This document shows, in pieces, positions 26,500 through 39,840 of a DNA stretch of 64,000 bases. This DNA is from Callorhinchus milii (taxonomy: Eukaryota). The position numbers were made by a program, and so were the translations under genes. Location: contig NW_024704742.1 in assembly GCF_018977255.1 (NCBI RefSeq), positions 66,528,001-66,592,000 on the forward strand, read 5' to 3'. Position 1 is the first letter of the stretch. Each line of letters opens with the position of its first letter. The notes under the pieces were generated by a model. That model worked only from the letters and a program-made list of their open reading frames with translations, was not told the origin of the DNA and ran no database searches.

Positions 26500-26990
26500 T
26501 CAGTTTAAATGCTACCAAGTTAAACGGCCAATTCCTCAAGACATTGCTTTTTTAAATAAAATTATCCTCTTTTTTCCAAGCTATTACAGGGGCATTGTGT
26601 TAATTGCAGAGCCACCACTGTGGAGAACATGCATCATAAAAGCCTTATAATGTTTAACTATCAGCCCTGCACTGGTGTTAAAGAGACTGTGGCAAGGGGA
26701 GGGAGTATGGGCTACATTAAAGCCAGCCAGTGCTTTCTGTGTCCTTCAGAGCCCAGTTCCTCCTTTCTCTATCACAATGCTGGTTTCGAGAGCACCGCCA
26801 GAGAGCAAATTGGCCTCAGCACACACAAGCTGACAATTAAATTGCGAAACGCCATTTATAATGCCCCTGAATCCAACTCAATGCAACACCTGCCGTGCCC
26901 ATTAAATGTACAAAATAGCAGCACGCTGCCCATTTGCAACTCATTGCATATTCATGTCCCCGGTGCTGGGAGGCACATTGGAAAGTAGTA
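26500..26990. promoter_or_regulatory. Candidate enhancer or conserved non-coding element
   Basis: Repeat-free island rich in TAAT/ATTA, CATAAA, TGACA, ACAATG/CATTGT and a POU-type TTGCATATTCAT (26944-26955). Motif-based inference only. Confidence 0.4.
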
Positions 26991-27513
26991 CAGAATTAAA
27001 TAAAATTGGTTATTCACTTCATGGATGTTAGTGGGACGTTGCTCTGCGCAAATTGGCTGTTGCATTTACCAACAAAATACAACAATAATTTGCATTTATA
27101 TAGCGCCCTTCACGTGGGGTGACATCTCAGAGTGCTTGAAATACACAGTCATTGCACCTTTTCTTGGTGAGAATGTGTAACTTGTTGCCTGAAGTGATGG
27201 TTGAAGCAGAAGTAGTGTAGATGCATTCAAGAGGAAGCTAGACTTTCACATGAGGGTGAGGGGAATAGGAAGGTATGGGAAAGAGTAAAGAATGGATGAA
27301 GACTCGTGTGGGGTATAAACACCAGCATGAACTGTTGGGTTGAGTGACCTGTTTCTGTGTTGTACATTATTTGTAATTCTTTCTATTTTTATTTACTGAA
27401 CTACAAATAACATTGACCTGGTAGGTTTCATGGGCCGTGCACTTTAACAGCAAACTTCAAAGCGTGACTGCCAGCCTCATCTTCCCCTTCTTCCCCTTTC
27501 AACATCTGGAATC

Positions 27514-27914
27514 AATTTTGTGGAATTTCTTCACGGATTTGTTAATTGAGAAATCTGAGTTGGGAATCCTTCCTGTTATCTGGAAATACATCACGCATGT
27601 CATGTCATTCCAACTCATGGGAATCCCGCTCCAAAATTAGATTGATTTGGAGCATTGGTATCTATAATAATAATATTGCATCTTGTCACATTGTCAAAAT
27701 GTCTCAAAGTGCTTCACAGGATTTACTGTAAGGTATGGTGGCTGTGTATTTTGTAAGTGAACGTACCTGCCAATTTTCGCACAGCAATGTCCCACAAATA
27801 GCCGTGAATTCCACCTGGAGGATTGTAGGCCAGGACACCTGCAAAAACCATGAGCCAGCATCACAGCATGAGAATTTTTTAATTAAGAAATCTGTTAAGA
27901 AATACTGCAAAATT
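27514..27914. mobile_element. MITE-like element with about 40-bp imperfect TIRs and a nested SINE tail
   Basis: Left aattttgtggaatttcttcacggatttgttaatt versus right-end reverse complement aattttgcagtatttcttaacagatttcttaatt. Confidence 0.6.
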
Positions 27915-28815
27915 ATATAAATCCAAGTTGTTGTTATCGTCATTGCCTATGTCTCCACAAACGCCCGTTATGGGTGATAAGGAACATGCAACATTTCACA
28001 CCTACCTGACATGCATCAATGGTGATAGGAAAACACTGTATGTAATTTGACTCCTATTGTGCCTTTTTTTCACAGCCAGAGAGGTCTTACATGGATTTGA
28101 TATTTTCTTTGTACCGGAGGCTCAGAGCCCATGTGAGACTTGTGAGACACCCACATCCCTCCAGCTAACCGCCCCCTCCCACACACACACACCTCTGGAG
28201 CTCAGGGTTCAACTTTGGCCAAGACAGATGTGGATCTGGGGTCAATCTGGGATCAACTGGATTGGCCTAGGGATGAGTACTTTTTCCAGTGCTTTGCTCT
28301 TCTTGAGTCAGTCAATAGCAGTCAATTATTCTAAAGCAAGCAACTCTTTGGCTTTTATCCTTCATTTCCCATCCCGTGTAGGGTACCTTTGTTTAGATAA
28401 ATAACACCCAAGTCTGACCCTTCCTGCCTCCGTCCCACCCCGCCTCCCTCCTTCCCTCCCCACTGGTTCAATAGCCTTCAGATTCTCAATGATTTGTCTC
28501 ATCAATAAAGAATGGTAACTTGGAAGAGATAAGGGAATGGTGTGCAATTGCACTCCAGCTAGAGTCACACAGATCAGGAGAGGAGGAGGGCAGAAAGGAT
28601 AAAGTAATACACAACTTAATGATAATAATCCTTGCATTTGATATGACGGAGGTGGGGGGATGTCTCAAAACGCTTCACAGGACTTACCTTGTGATGGTGT
28701 TAATTGTAGGCGGACACCTATTAAAAGATGAAGGATAAAAACAGAGAAATGTACTTTAATAACATGCTTCTGGATCTGAAGTGTTCATTTTCTATTAACT
28801 TACATCTATATGGGA

Positions 28816-28892
28816 TGTACAATACTGTACAATACTGTATGTACAATACTGTACAATACTGTATTTACAATACTGTATATTCTGTAAAGTGC
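28816..28892. repeat. Short tandem array (tgtacaatactgtacaatactgta)x2 plus SINE-derived 29-mer
   Basis: Read directly; 28864-28892 is identical to 29420-29448. Confidence 0.9.
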
Positions 28893-31800
28893 AGGGGAGT
28901 GGGATCAGTCGATAGCTTTTCCAAAGAGCCGGCAGGCACGATGGGCCGAATGGCCTCCTTCTGTGCTGTAATATTCTATGATTCTATACATAGTTTATAA
29001 TATATAGATATATGTTTCCTTTTCTCTCTCTTCCCAACCTCCCCCCTTCCACCCACCCAATTTCATCAGCAATAAATAGTAACAATCCTTGTAATTGATA
29101 TGGTACCTTTCATGTCGGGAGGATGTCTAACAGTACACTGTAAAAGTGTAGTGACTATGTATTTTGTAGATGACTGCTACAGCCAAGAAGGGAGCTCGAT
29201 TCGCAAGCAAGAGGACCCGGCAGGTGAAACCTTTGGCAATTTTCCTTTCTCCACATGCCTCTGTTAACGTAGCAGTAAATTGGAACCCAGTTGTTAGCTG
29301 ATTGGTGGATGACTGTCTGGGAAAAATAATCCCTGAATTTAAAGAAAAATTGTTCCCTGGGTCATTCCTGTGTGTAATTGGCTGCCATGTTTCACCCACA
29401 AATTACAGAGTCAATCTATTTTACAATACTGTATATTCTGTAAAGTGCTTTGAGACGTATCAACAACATGATAAGGCCCTATATCAAATCTTAGGATTAT
29501 TATTATTTATCAGTTATTTATCTTGACAGTCTATGACTAAAATGTTAATTCCCACATGCGAGCAGGTAGGTAGGCAGTGGTTGGGGGTGGGGGGGGGGGG
29601 TTGCATTGTTGGTTTCTCTGTTGGTCAGGGACTGTGAATGGACAACGCAATCCAACTTCTCTGACTCACGTTGTGTCGTACCTTTGTTTGTTGCAGAAAA
29701 TGCTCTTTCTAAATGTGTCCTTTTGCATGACATGAAATGAAAGGGTTCATTTATTATCACAAATAGTATGTTACGCCCTATGACTGGGAGCAGCTCAGAA
29801 TCTCCTAGTCTTTTAATATCACTACCCAAACAGATAGCGTGACTGCTCCCAGCATTGAGGTATTGGGTCAAAAGTCCAAGATGACTTGGACTCAAATACT
29901 TTTGATAGGACACCCTAGTTGTGCACTGCAAAAGGTGCTATATTTTCCTTTATTTTTGGTTAAAGATTTTAGCACTAGTTTCCTAGGGGGATCAGAATGT
30001 TGAGCACTACACACAAACCATTTGACCTGTAGTTTATTCAATCTCTCCCATTCCGACCCGCGTTTCTCCAAACCCCCGCCCACCCCACACACACATGTCT
30101 ACATGTTCACTGTAAATCGAAACCATGGGAATGTTAACGGCTGAGTTACGTCTGGAGTGTGAAGACAGAATTAACTGGTGTGTCCCTGCTCGCTCGCTCG
30201 TTCAGCTACACTTACTTCCCATTCCCCCAGTGGGTCAAATTCAAGATCCTGGTCCTCACATTCAGATAACTACATGACCTCGCACCACCCTATCTCTGTA
30301 ACCTCCTACAATCCTACCTCTGTTTCATGTTCCTTTGCTGAACCACCCCACTATTAGTGGGTAAGCCATTCTGCCCCTACTTATTGGAATGTACCACAGC
30401 CTCACTCCCTTCATCCCTCTCCACCTTTAAAGCCTTACAACCTACCTTTACAATCACATTTCAGTCACCTTTCCCCACATGCCTTCCTGCTCAACTGCTC
30501 CTCCCTCCCCCTTCCACCCACTCCGCTTGTCATCTGAGTAAAATGCTTTGAGACGGCCTCTAGACGTGAAATGTTCTGTATCTATGTAAATAGTTGTTAT
30601 TGTTCACAGACATTTGTTTATAAGCAGAGGAGAGTTTAAGATGTTTGTTAAGAGCAGTGTAACTTCTTGAATGTTCAGTCATCAAGCATGTTCCTTTCTC
30701 AAACCAGACTATCCTTCTTCACCCAATATTTCTTGATTCAGATGTTTTCTGGAATGTGAAATCCTCTGCCACAAACCATTGTTTGGGAATTAGATAGGTG
30801 CATGAGGAGCAGGAGGAATATTAAAGTGCATTAGGAGCGAGCAAGAGGGTGGGATTAGACAACAATAATAGTTTGCATTTATATAGCAGACATCACATGG
30901 CCTAGCGTCTTGGAGCACTGTACAATGGCGTAGCTTGATGCCAAGCTGGGGAGAAAGGAAAGGTATTTTAAGGCATAGTCGAAGAAGAAAGGCTTCAGGT
31001 GTGATTTGAAGAAGGGTAAAGAGGGGGCGAGGTGGAGGGATTGAGGCAGGTAGTTCCAGAGGTTCAGGGAGTAATGGCTGAAGGCACAACAAATTAGGAG
31101 ACAACAACAACAACTTTCATTTATATCACATCCTTCACATGGAGTAATGCCTCAGACTGCTGGAGATAAGGCAAGGTAACTTATGTGGAGACACCACCAG
31201 AACAGACTTGATATTCCGAATTGTCTGTTTCTAACATTCGGTGATTCTGTTTACAATTTAAGACAATTGCTGAAAAGGACTGAGGATAAGGATTTTGTTT
31301 TTTACACAGATGGACATGGAATGACCAGAAAAATTAATGGTCAAAGCACATTCCATCATATCTTTTGCAAGGAAATTAGACAAAGATTTTAAAAAATAAA
31401 CGTTTAAATGAGGGGAGTGAGAGAGTGAGTTAGAATTATAGAATCATGGAATCCAACAGCACAGAAGGAGGCCATTCGGCCCATTGTGCCTATACCAGTT
31501 TTTTGAAAGAGCTATTCAATTAGGCCCACTCCCCACTCTTTCCCCATAGCCTTGCAACATTTTTCTTTTCAAGTATTTATAGAATGCCATTGAGTTGGAG
31601 GGACTCTGGGAATGGAATTCCAGAGAATGGAGGAAAATGGCTGAAAGCTCATCTGCTGATGGTTTTGTTACACACAAACACTTTCCTTTGATGAATGATT
31701 GAAATTTTCAACTATTTAACAAAAATTCCAGGATGATATCTTTGTTTTGAATGGCACAATATCCTGGAAATAGCTTTAAATATCAGCGGATGTCAGCAGG

Positions 31801-31970
31801 ATGCTGGATATTGCTCAGAACAACCCTTGGTGCAATTAACGCTTTGTTATTGGTTTCGTTCTGAAGAAACGTGGAATGTTTTGAGGGCATGTGAGAAACT
31901 GTCTAGAAATTTGACAGAAATGCCATTTGGGGGTGTTGTGAAATCCAGAAGCAAGCTCTGCAACACATTG

Positions 31971-32451
31971 GGGCCTAACCTGCAATATTTCTTAACATAT
32001 TTCCTTCACAAGGAGTCCTGCTAAATTCCTATAGTACCTGTGGGAACTCCACCCCAGAAGCTGATTGCATAGGCAGCCGGAAGTTGTGTTTGAGGCAGAA
32101 AGTGTCCCCAATTGCTTCACAAGATTTACTGCTGAGCATCGTGACCATGTATTTCATAGATGTATTTCATAGGTAAATGCAGCAGCCAATTTGCCCACAA
32201 CAATGTCTCATTGTTCATGATGTGAATGACCAATTTTATTAGATGCATACTTGAGAGAGAAGGGAGTAGATGGGTAGAAGCGAGTGAAGTCGGAGGGGTG
32301 GGATTTGTGTGGAGTATAAGCAATAGCACACACCTGTTGGGTTGAATGGCCTGTTTCGTGCATTATCAGTGCTACTAGAGAAATTCTACATTTATACTGC
32401 CTGGATTTCTTGTTAAGGATTCCCATTAAGAAATACCACAAAACTAGGTCC
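31971..32451. mobile_element. MITE-like element related to 27514-27914, with nested SINE and CR1 pieces
   Basis: Left gggcctaacctgcaatatttcttaacatatttccttcacaaggagtcc versus right-end reverse complement ggacctagttttgtggtatttcttaatgggaatccttaacaagaaatcc. Confidence 0.55.
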
Positions 32452-33169
32452 TAGGTCTTTCCAATTTGCATTCAGGCCCTTATGGTTTCCTTCCAGTTTA
32501 ATTCTATTCCCATCCTTTAGCTATTTGAGTCTGACAAGCCTGACCTCCAACTCAAAGTCTCAGTGCTCATTTAGGACTTAACGGGTCTCAACACTTTAGC
32601 GTTATTGCCATTCATCTACTCAATGCTGAATACAATATTTGTATAGTTAGCCCCCAGTGTATCTGAGTTTGTGAGGAGAAACATCAGCCAGGGTGTACGA
32701 TCTTTATTGCTATGATGAAGTGACTCTTGCTGGAAAGGTAGGTAGATGATGGGTGAGGATAGGTTGCATTGCATCTCTAAACTTGGATAACTGATCGGCA
32801 CCCACATATGTCTGTGAGTGAGATACAAGAGGACTGATGAAGCAAATGGACCAATGTCTCAGTATGAGTTACCAGGCTCAATCATCTTTTCACAATGTCT
32901 TTCTAATTATCTTTCCAGGTCCAAGCCTCAATGGTCATCTACAATAGCACGTCAACCATCAACAGTGCCCTGGATCATTGCAGATCTACAATGATCTTTG
33001 TCAACTTTGGACAGTTCAACTCGGGTACTTATTTAGCTTTGGTTCAGCTATGATACAATTTTATTGGCCTCAAAACAGCTACATAGACCCACCAAGATTT
33101 AAACCCAAATCACCCAAAGCTTTTCTCACATTTTTCAAGCCATCAACAACCTATCAGTGTGTTTACAGT

Positions 33170-33565
33170 TGGGTCACTGAGGAGGAAGGGGCACTCTTCC
33201 CACTCGATTCCTGTTAATTCCACAAACCAAAGCCCTAACAGGTAGGATGGTCCCAGCTGGATAAGCAGCAAGAAAGCTTGCCAGGCAGTGATATCTCTGG
33301 CAAGCTCTGGTTAGTCTCCAGCAGTACCCCAACACACACCAGGGTCCCCAAGCCCTGGCTCTCTCTCACCAACCTGCACTTAATACTCTCTGGAATTAGG
33401 GAAGGAGGGTGAATCCTTCTAAGGAGAGAGTATGCATTTCGTTCCAGACACAGGGAAATTTCCATGTGTGGGTGGTATCCATATGTAGAACTCTGTCCGA
33501 TTTAGATAACGTTGAGCACAGTGAATGGTTTCAGCATGTGTCAGACACCCGGCTGATCAAAAAAT
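33170..33565 (+). mobile_element. Family E repeat
   Basis: Aligns to the reverse complement of 41543-41940; ends tgtcagacacccggctgatcaaaaaa. Confidence 0.75.
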
Positions 33566-34633
33566 AGTGTTACAGCCTTTGTTACTCTCACCCATCAACT
33601 GTTCTCCACATGTAACCAGCTAGACAAGCAGCGGGAAGCTCGCCAGACAATGTTCTCAACAGCAAGCCACGCTGTTTTAATTAGTTAAACTCCAGCAGTT
33701 ATCCCAAGAGATCCAAGACCTACCCTGCATGATATACATCCAAGTTGTTGTTGTTGTAGCTACCATGAAAACAACAAAAACAACATATTGCATTTTTATA
33801 GTGCCCTTCACATGTCTCAGAGTGCTTAACAGTGGTAGAGCCTGACACTGAGCTGGGGAAAGGGAGGAGGTGACTGTAAGCAGGATCATAGGAGAAGGTC
33901 TACAGTCATGATGTGAAAGAGGTAAAGGAGGGGGCAAGGAGGAGCTGCAGTGGTCTTAGGCTGTAGTAAACAAGATGTCAGTGGTGCACTATGAACAAGC
34001 AATGCTGCTGCTCCAGATTAAAGCACATTGGATGTAGATGATCCACTCTCTAGGGGGAAAAAAACCTGAGGCTCAACCAATCTCCAGCTTTCGGGAATGT
34101 CGTTTTGGTTTGTACGTGACTGTTACAACTTATAATAGCTCCTCGTGTAAACAGAGGAAATGGACCTTCGGCAAGAACAAACATGCTTCCCATCGCATGC
34201 TCCACCTCGAGTCCTTTGTTTGACTGCTGTGACCCCCTGACATTTGAGAAGTAACTTATTCCAGGCTGACGTCTTTTTTCTGCAGGATCATGCTGCAGCA
34301 CAGATGCTTTGATGGCGATGTAGTGTCCAGTTGGTATCCCATAGCAGCATATGAGTCAATGGGAATGTTGGCATCTATTTCTGTGTCTAGTTCACAGCTA
34401 GACTCACGTTATCGTGCCCAGAGTCCTGACTACCGAATTACAAGAGCCTGGTGAACTGTACAGCATGCAGAGAGGTCAGGAGCGGGTCTTTAAAGAATCT
34501 GCATCCCCTTAACTGTGGCCGATTCCAATCTTTGAAAATTCTGCGCATATTTGTCCATATTAAAAGGTGCTTGCCATTTGTTAGCCCTACTCCTTCATTT
34601 AACCAGATGCATCTGTTTTTGTTCAGCTTGTGT

Positions 34634-34953
34634 GGAGTCCTGTAGCTCAATGGTTAGAGCACTCGCTTTGCAAGTTAGAGACCTGAGTTCAATTCCAGGC
34701 AGAGGGCGAAACCTTGGGCAAGTTTCCTTACTCCACACAGAGCCTAATAATAATCCCTCCAAAACCAAAACAATAATAAATTAGTCATTTTCAATCTACG
34801 ACTGTTTGTGGGACATTGCTGTGCGCAATTGGCTGCCGCGTTCGCCCACAAATATACAGTCAATTCACTTTACAGTATATTCTGTGAAGCGCTTTGGGAT
34901 GTCCTTCTGACGTGAAAAGCGCTATATCAAATGCAAGGATTATTATTATTATT
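34634..34953 (+). mobile_element. tRNA/CORE-like/Deu SINE, short young subfamily
   Basis: Full head, body and (ATT)n tail; close to the 14557 and 57536 copies. Confidence 0.95.
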
Positions 34954-35004
34954 GTTCCCTGCTGTTTGCAAATTCCTTTGGTTTGGTATCATCATCAACC
35001 CATA

Positions 35005-35420
35005 TCAGTCAGGCTCAGTGGTAACACTCTCATCTCTGCGTCAGAAGGTTGTGGGTTCAAGTCCACATCAAATCTTGGATTCACATAGTCTAAGTTGACA
35101 CTCCATTGCAGTGTTTGGGAAAGGGAGGTCTGCCTTGTGGGAGGTGCTGTTCTTCAGGTGCCTGTCCAAGTGGATGCTGAAGATTCCATGGTACCATTTG
35201 AAAAGAGAAGGGAGTTTCTCTGATGACCTGGCCAACATTCTCCCCAAATAGAATTGGTCACTCACTCTACAGCTGTTATGGGACTTTACTCTGTGCACAT
35301 TGGGTGCAGCATTCGCCCACAAACACACAGTCACTACACTTTATAGTAAATGTTGTGAAGCACTCTGAGACATCCTCCCGATGTCAAAGGCACTATACAA
35401 AATGTAAAGATTATTATTAT
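35005..35420 (+). mobile_element. DeuSINE, near full length
   Basis: ggctcagtggtaacactc...gggttcaagtcc, Deu domain, tail. Confidence 0.85.
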
Positions 35421-35670
35421 GATTATATCCTTCGGCTGAGATGTTAACCAAGGCCTCGTCTGCCTCTTCGGGTGAACGTTAAAGATCACATGGCACTATT
35501 CCTGGCCAACAATCCCCCAAATCAGTGACTTACTCTATGGCTGTTTGTGGGACATTGGTGTAAGTAATTGGTTGCTGTGTTTTGCTCAGAGATGTTTCAA
35601 TGGTGTGAAAAGCACTATATCAATGCAAGGATTATTATTATTAGTAACATCTTGCATTTATTTAGAGACA

Positions 35671-36179
35671 GAAGTTCCACCAAGGTTTATATTTACTTTA
35701 CTTTCTTAACCTTTCAGAACAGCTGAAACTAGACAAATTCTTAAATACAGCATGCATTTTGAAGTCGGTTTTCCGAAGCTCTTAAAACAACTTCTAGAAA
35801 ACAAGTTTCAAAGTTAAGACTGAATTCAACTGGCCAAATTCTGATACATTCTGTGTTTAGAATAAGTGGAGCAAATCTAAACCCAAGTGGATTTTTTTTC
35901 CACAGCTCTGTCTCTAGATCCTTAAACTCCACCCAGTCTTAACCTGGGTCTTGTCTAGAGCACTAACCACTGATTTGATTCCCAGCATAGCCGAAACCTT
36001 AGCTAAGTTTTCTCACTCCACACTCCTCAATCATTTCTTGATTTTGGGAGCCTTTTTATGAGAAGTTTGAAAAAGCTGCTTCTAAACTAAAAGTGAATTT
36101 GAGAAGGTTCTGCAATTCTGCACAATCTGAAATTATGTTAATTGTTCAGACAAAATGGTCTGAGACTTGGTGGAATTTC
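35671..36179. mobile_element. MITE-like element, second family
   Basis: Terminal gaagttccaccaag versus right-end reverse complement gaaattccaccaag (13/14), with subterminal inverted blocks; related pieces at about 22830-23010, 24730-24850 and 48531-48700. Confidence 0.55.
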
Positions 36180-36282
36180 ATGATTTAGATAGTCATAGAA
36201 TCATAGAAATTTACTTTCATAGAAAGGGCTGTGTATCACACAAATGACAGCTAATTTGGGCCCAAGAATAAGGGAGTCTTGT

Positions 36283-36646
36283 GGAGTCCTGTAGTGTATT
36301 AGTTAGAGCCCTCGCCTCACAAGCGAGAGGACCCAGATTCGATTCCCGGCAGGGTGAAACCTTAGGCAGGTTTCCTTACTCCACATACCTCTGTTTGCCT
36401 AGCAGTAAGTGGAAGCTCGATTGTTAGTCAATTGGCGGATTACTATTCTGGGGTTAATAATCCCTTAAAAAAAACAATCCACTCCACCCACAACTGTTTA
36501 TAGGACGCTACTGTGTGCAAATGGCTGCCACGTTTCACCCACACAATATAAAGTCAATTCACTTTGCAGTATATTCTGTGAAGCGCTTTGAGACGTCTCA
36601 ATGACATGATAAGGCACTATGTCAAATGCAAAGATTATTATTATTA
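36283..36646 (+). mobile_element. tRNA/CORE-like/Deu SINE, long subfamily
   Basis: Head with ctcgc-ctcacaa-gcgag arm and ttcgattccc, long block, tail. Confidence 0.9.
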
Positions 36647-37005
36647 TAGCAACAACTTGCATTTATACAGCGCCTCTCATGCAGGGTAGCGTCTCAGAAT
36701 GCTTAATGGCACACACATGTCCCAGAACACAAAATAAGTCATGAAGCTCTGTGAGACGTCACTTTGGGAGTAAATGTAAAATGATTTGAGTCAGAAGCCA
36801 AGGGTTGGTATTCTAACTAGAGGAAGTATGTCTGGAATTTCTCAGAGAGTGGATTAGCCACAGGAAGATTACACAGCACGAGCTGTCACACACATTTATC
36901 AATGAGGTTTCAATCCTGCCGCTATGGGGGACTGGCTAGGAACCAATTGAACTCACCACCAGAAGTCATGCTGACCTCTCTTTCATAGTTGTTTAGGCAA
37001 TTAAA

Positions 37006-37335
37006 TAATAAATAATAATCCTCACATTTGATATCCGCCTTTCACTTTGGGAAGACTATAAAATGACCAATTTCATTTGGGGGATTCTTGGCCAGGACAC
37101 CAGGAGAAACTTCCTTCTCTTTTCAAATAGTGCCATGGGATCTTTAACATCCACTTGAACAGGCAGATGGGGCCTCAGTTTAATAGCATATGCAAAGGAC
37201 AGTCTGACAATCCAGCACTACCCCAGCACTACATTGGAGCATCAGCATAGACTGTATGAGTTCCAAGTCCAAACATGGGGCTTCAAACCACAATCATCTG
37301 ACTCAGAGATGAGAATGCTTCCAACTGAGCCAGAG
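37006..37335 (-). mobile_element. DeuSINE
   Basis: Reverse-complement head and Deu domain tcaaatagtgccatgggatctttaacatccac. Confidence 0.85.
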
Positions 37336-37337
37336 TA

Positions 37338-37685
37338 AGATGGTCCTAGCTGGACAATCTGTAGGAATGTTTGCCAGGCCGAGCTGTTAATGGCAAGCTA
37401 TGTGTTTTTAGTTGATTAGACTCCAGCAGTACCCCAGCACAAATTCTAGTGTCCCCAAGCCTTGGCTCTTGCCAACCTCCACCTATTATTGTGTGAAATT
37501 AGGTAAACAGGATGTGTCCCTCCAGGGAGAGAGTGTGTATTCCATTCCAACAATCTGTCTCTGGGATTTCCAAGTGTAGGTGGGATCCATGGAATTCTCA
37601 GTTTGGTTTGGATACACTTAAGCATGGGGATGGGTTTCCACATGTGTCCAACAGCTGGCTGGCCCCATCCCCCCATTTTTTTTTG
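37338..37685 (+). mobile_element. Family E repeat
   Basis: gactccagcagtacccc...ccaagccttggctcttgcc...gtgtccctccagggagagag...gtttggatac. Confidence 0.75.
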
Positions 37686-39489
37686 TAATAATTAATAATC
37701 ATAATAATGCCTACATTTGATATACTGTAGCACCTCTAACGTCAGGAGGACATTTCAAAGAGCTTTACAGAATTTACTGTAAAGTGTGTTGGCTGTGCTT
37801 TGTAGATATTAACCAACATATAGTCCTTATTTCAGGAAAGGCACAATAGGAAGTCTGAAATGCCTTGGGCCTTCCTCTTGATGTGAAAGACGCTATATAA
37901 ATGTAAATCTGTATTGTATTGTTAGCAAAAGACAACATCATTTGACGAGCAAGTCTCGATAAAATGGCAGGAAATTCTATTTAGGCTTTTTCAAAGGTCA
38001 TTGTGGGTTCAAGGGCTCTTGTCTCTTTTCGTCACAGGAGGTTGTAGCTGGTGGGAATTGTGACTTTAATGAGTGTTGCAGTAATCTGGCAGGATGACTG
38101 CACTATAGTTCCCAGATGTACGTGTAACACAATAGTCACAGACATAAGGCAATGTTGTGGGTATGTAAGAAAGCTTGCTGTCTGCTCTAATCAATATTAC
38201 CACCATTTACCACCCTCTTTCAGGGGCCAAAGGGAGGGAAGGGAGGCTCCTAACTGCAAAGCAGTAACCATACATTCAGCACTTTGTCCACAGAAACTAT
38301 TGCTGTAATTCATTTTGTTTAGCCTTGCTGTGAGTTCCCCGTCCCTTCCGCACAAAGTCACGATGCCCCTAACCTCTGGAACTCCCTGCCTCGATCCATC
38401 CGCCTCTGCATTCCCTCTAACATTCTTTAAATCCCACCTTAAAACTTTTTGACTGCATATTTGGTCGCCTCCACCCTTCCTCCTTTGCTCGCTGTGAAAA
38501 CTTCTATGCACGTTCCAAGACATTATCCTTCATGAACGCCGTTATATAATTGCACATTTACTTCTGGTTCGTGTTTTGTAGCTGAACAAATGAATAACCT
38601 TATTCTTTGTCAGTCTCCGATGCGGCCTACCAGGATCTAGATATTACAACAACAACTGCTTTATATAGCGCCCTTCACAGCAGTGGCATCTCAGAGCGCT
38701 TATTTAATGCTCTCATGTAAAAATCAAAGCTGACAGTAGAGTTAAATTCTATTAATGGATGTACAGTGGGCTTTACAGCTCTGTCACTGTTAATTAATCC
38801 CACAACCCCCCTTTTTCCTTTCCTCCCCCTTTCCCAGATGATGTCCGGAGCCTCCTCAGAATTAGGGAGAATTCAGCGCTATCAGCTTGCACGCAATCAG
38901 TGGTTGTACTCAGTTCAGGTCTTATTCAAGATGAACTCAGATGACACTACCAGTCTCATTAAGCAGAAAGAATAGGATCACTATATAATCAGCATAAAGG
39001 CATTTGCAGTACAAGGGTTGGCTGCTGAAACAGGAGCATCTGCTAAAGTGCACTGCTGTCATTTGTCAAAATGTTTTGAGAGGACTAAAAAACAAAGATC
39101 TCTTTTACCTTTGAAACTTTGATGTTTAACAAGGCTGCCTCAGTTACTGTAAGGCCTGCTCTCCAGGACAGCTGATTCCGGCTGACACCAGGTCCCAACC
39201 TGTCGTACATCAACCCTCTCCCATCTGGTGAATTCTGAGCAAAAAATGCCAAGTAGTGAGATGCGTCTCCCTATCACTTCCACATGTCCCATCAGCGAAG
39301 CAAGCTTTCAGACACTTTTCCTCTGATCTCTGTCTTTCTCTCTCTCCTACCATAATCCGTCTACCTCTATGATTGTGACTTCAATAAGCTCCCCATTTCT
39401 CCCACCTTGCTCAGGCTCCTACTTATTCCCTATGATCCATGTTGATACATTCTCCTATGTGAAAGGCTCTATATAAGTGCATGTTAAAG

Positions 39490-39840
39490 GGACTTGGAAC
39501 TCATATGGTCTAGGCTGACACTCCAATGTAGTGCTGGGGTTGTGTTGTATTGTCGGAGGTGCGGTCCTTCTGATCAAGGTCCTGTCTGCCTGTTCAGCTG
39601 GATGTTAAAGATCCCATGTCACACCTTGAAATGAGAAGGGAGTTTCTCCCAGTGTCCTGGCTAACAATCCCCCAATAAAACTGGCCATTCACATTATGGC
39701 TGCGGGATGTTGCTTTGGTCAAATTGGCTGCCACATTTTCCCACAAACCACATAGTTACTCCTCTTTACAGTAAATCCTGTGAAGCGCTTTGAGATATTC
39801 TCCATGAAAGACTCTGTCCAAATGTAAGGGTTGTTTTATT
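39490..39840 (+). mobile_element. DeuSINE, 5'-truncated
   Basis: tctaggctgacactccaatg...gatgttaaagatcccatg...aattggctgcc. Confidence 0.85.

Noticed and set aside
28816..28880. Short direct repeats as a CRISPR-like array
   Set aside because: No unique spacers, eukaryotic context, explained by slippage.
38045..38122. ZNF143/Staf-like motifs (tgggaattgtg, actatagttcccaga)
   Set aside because: Partial matches only, with no promoter or CpG-island context.
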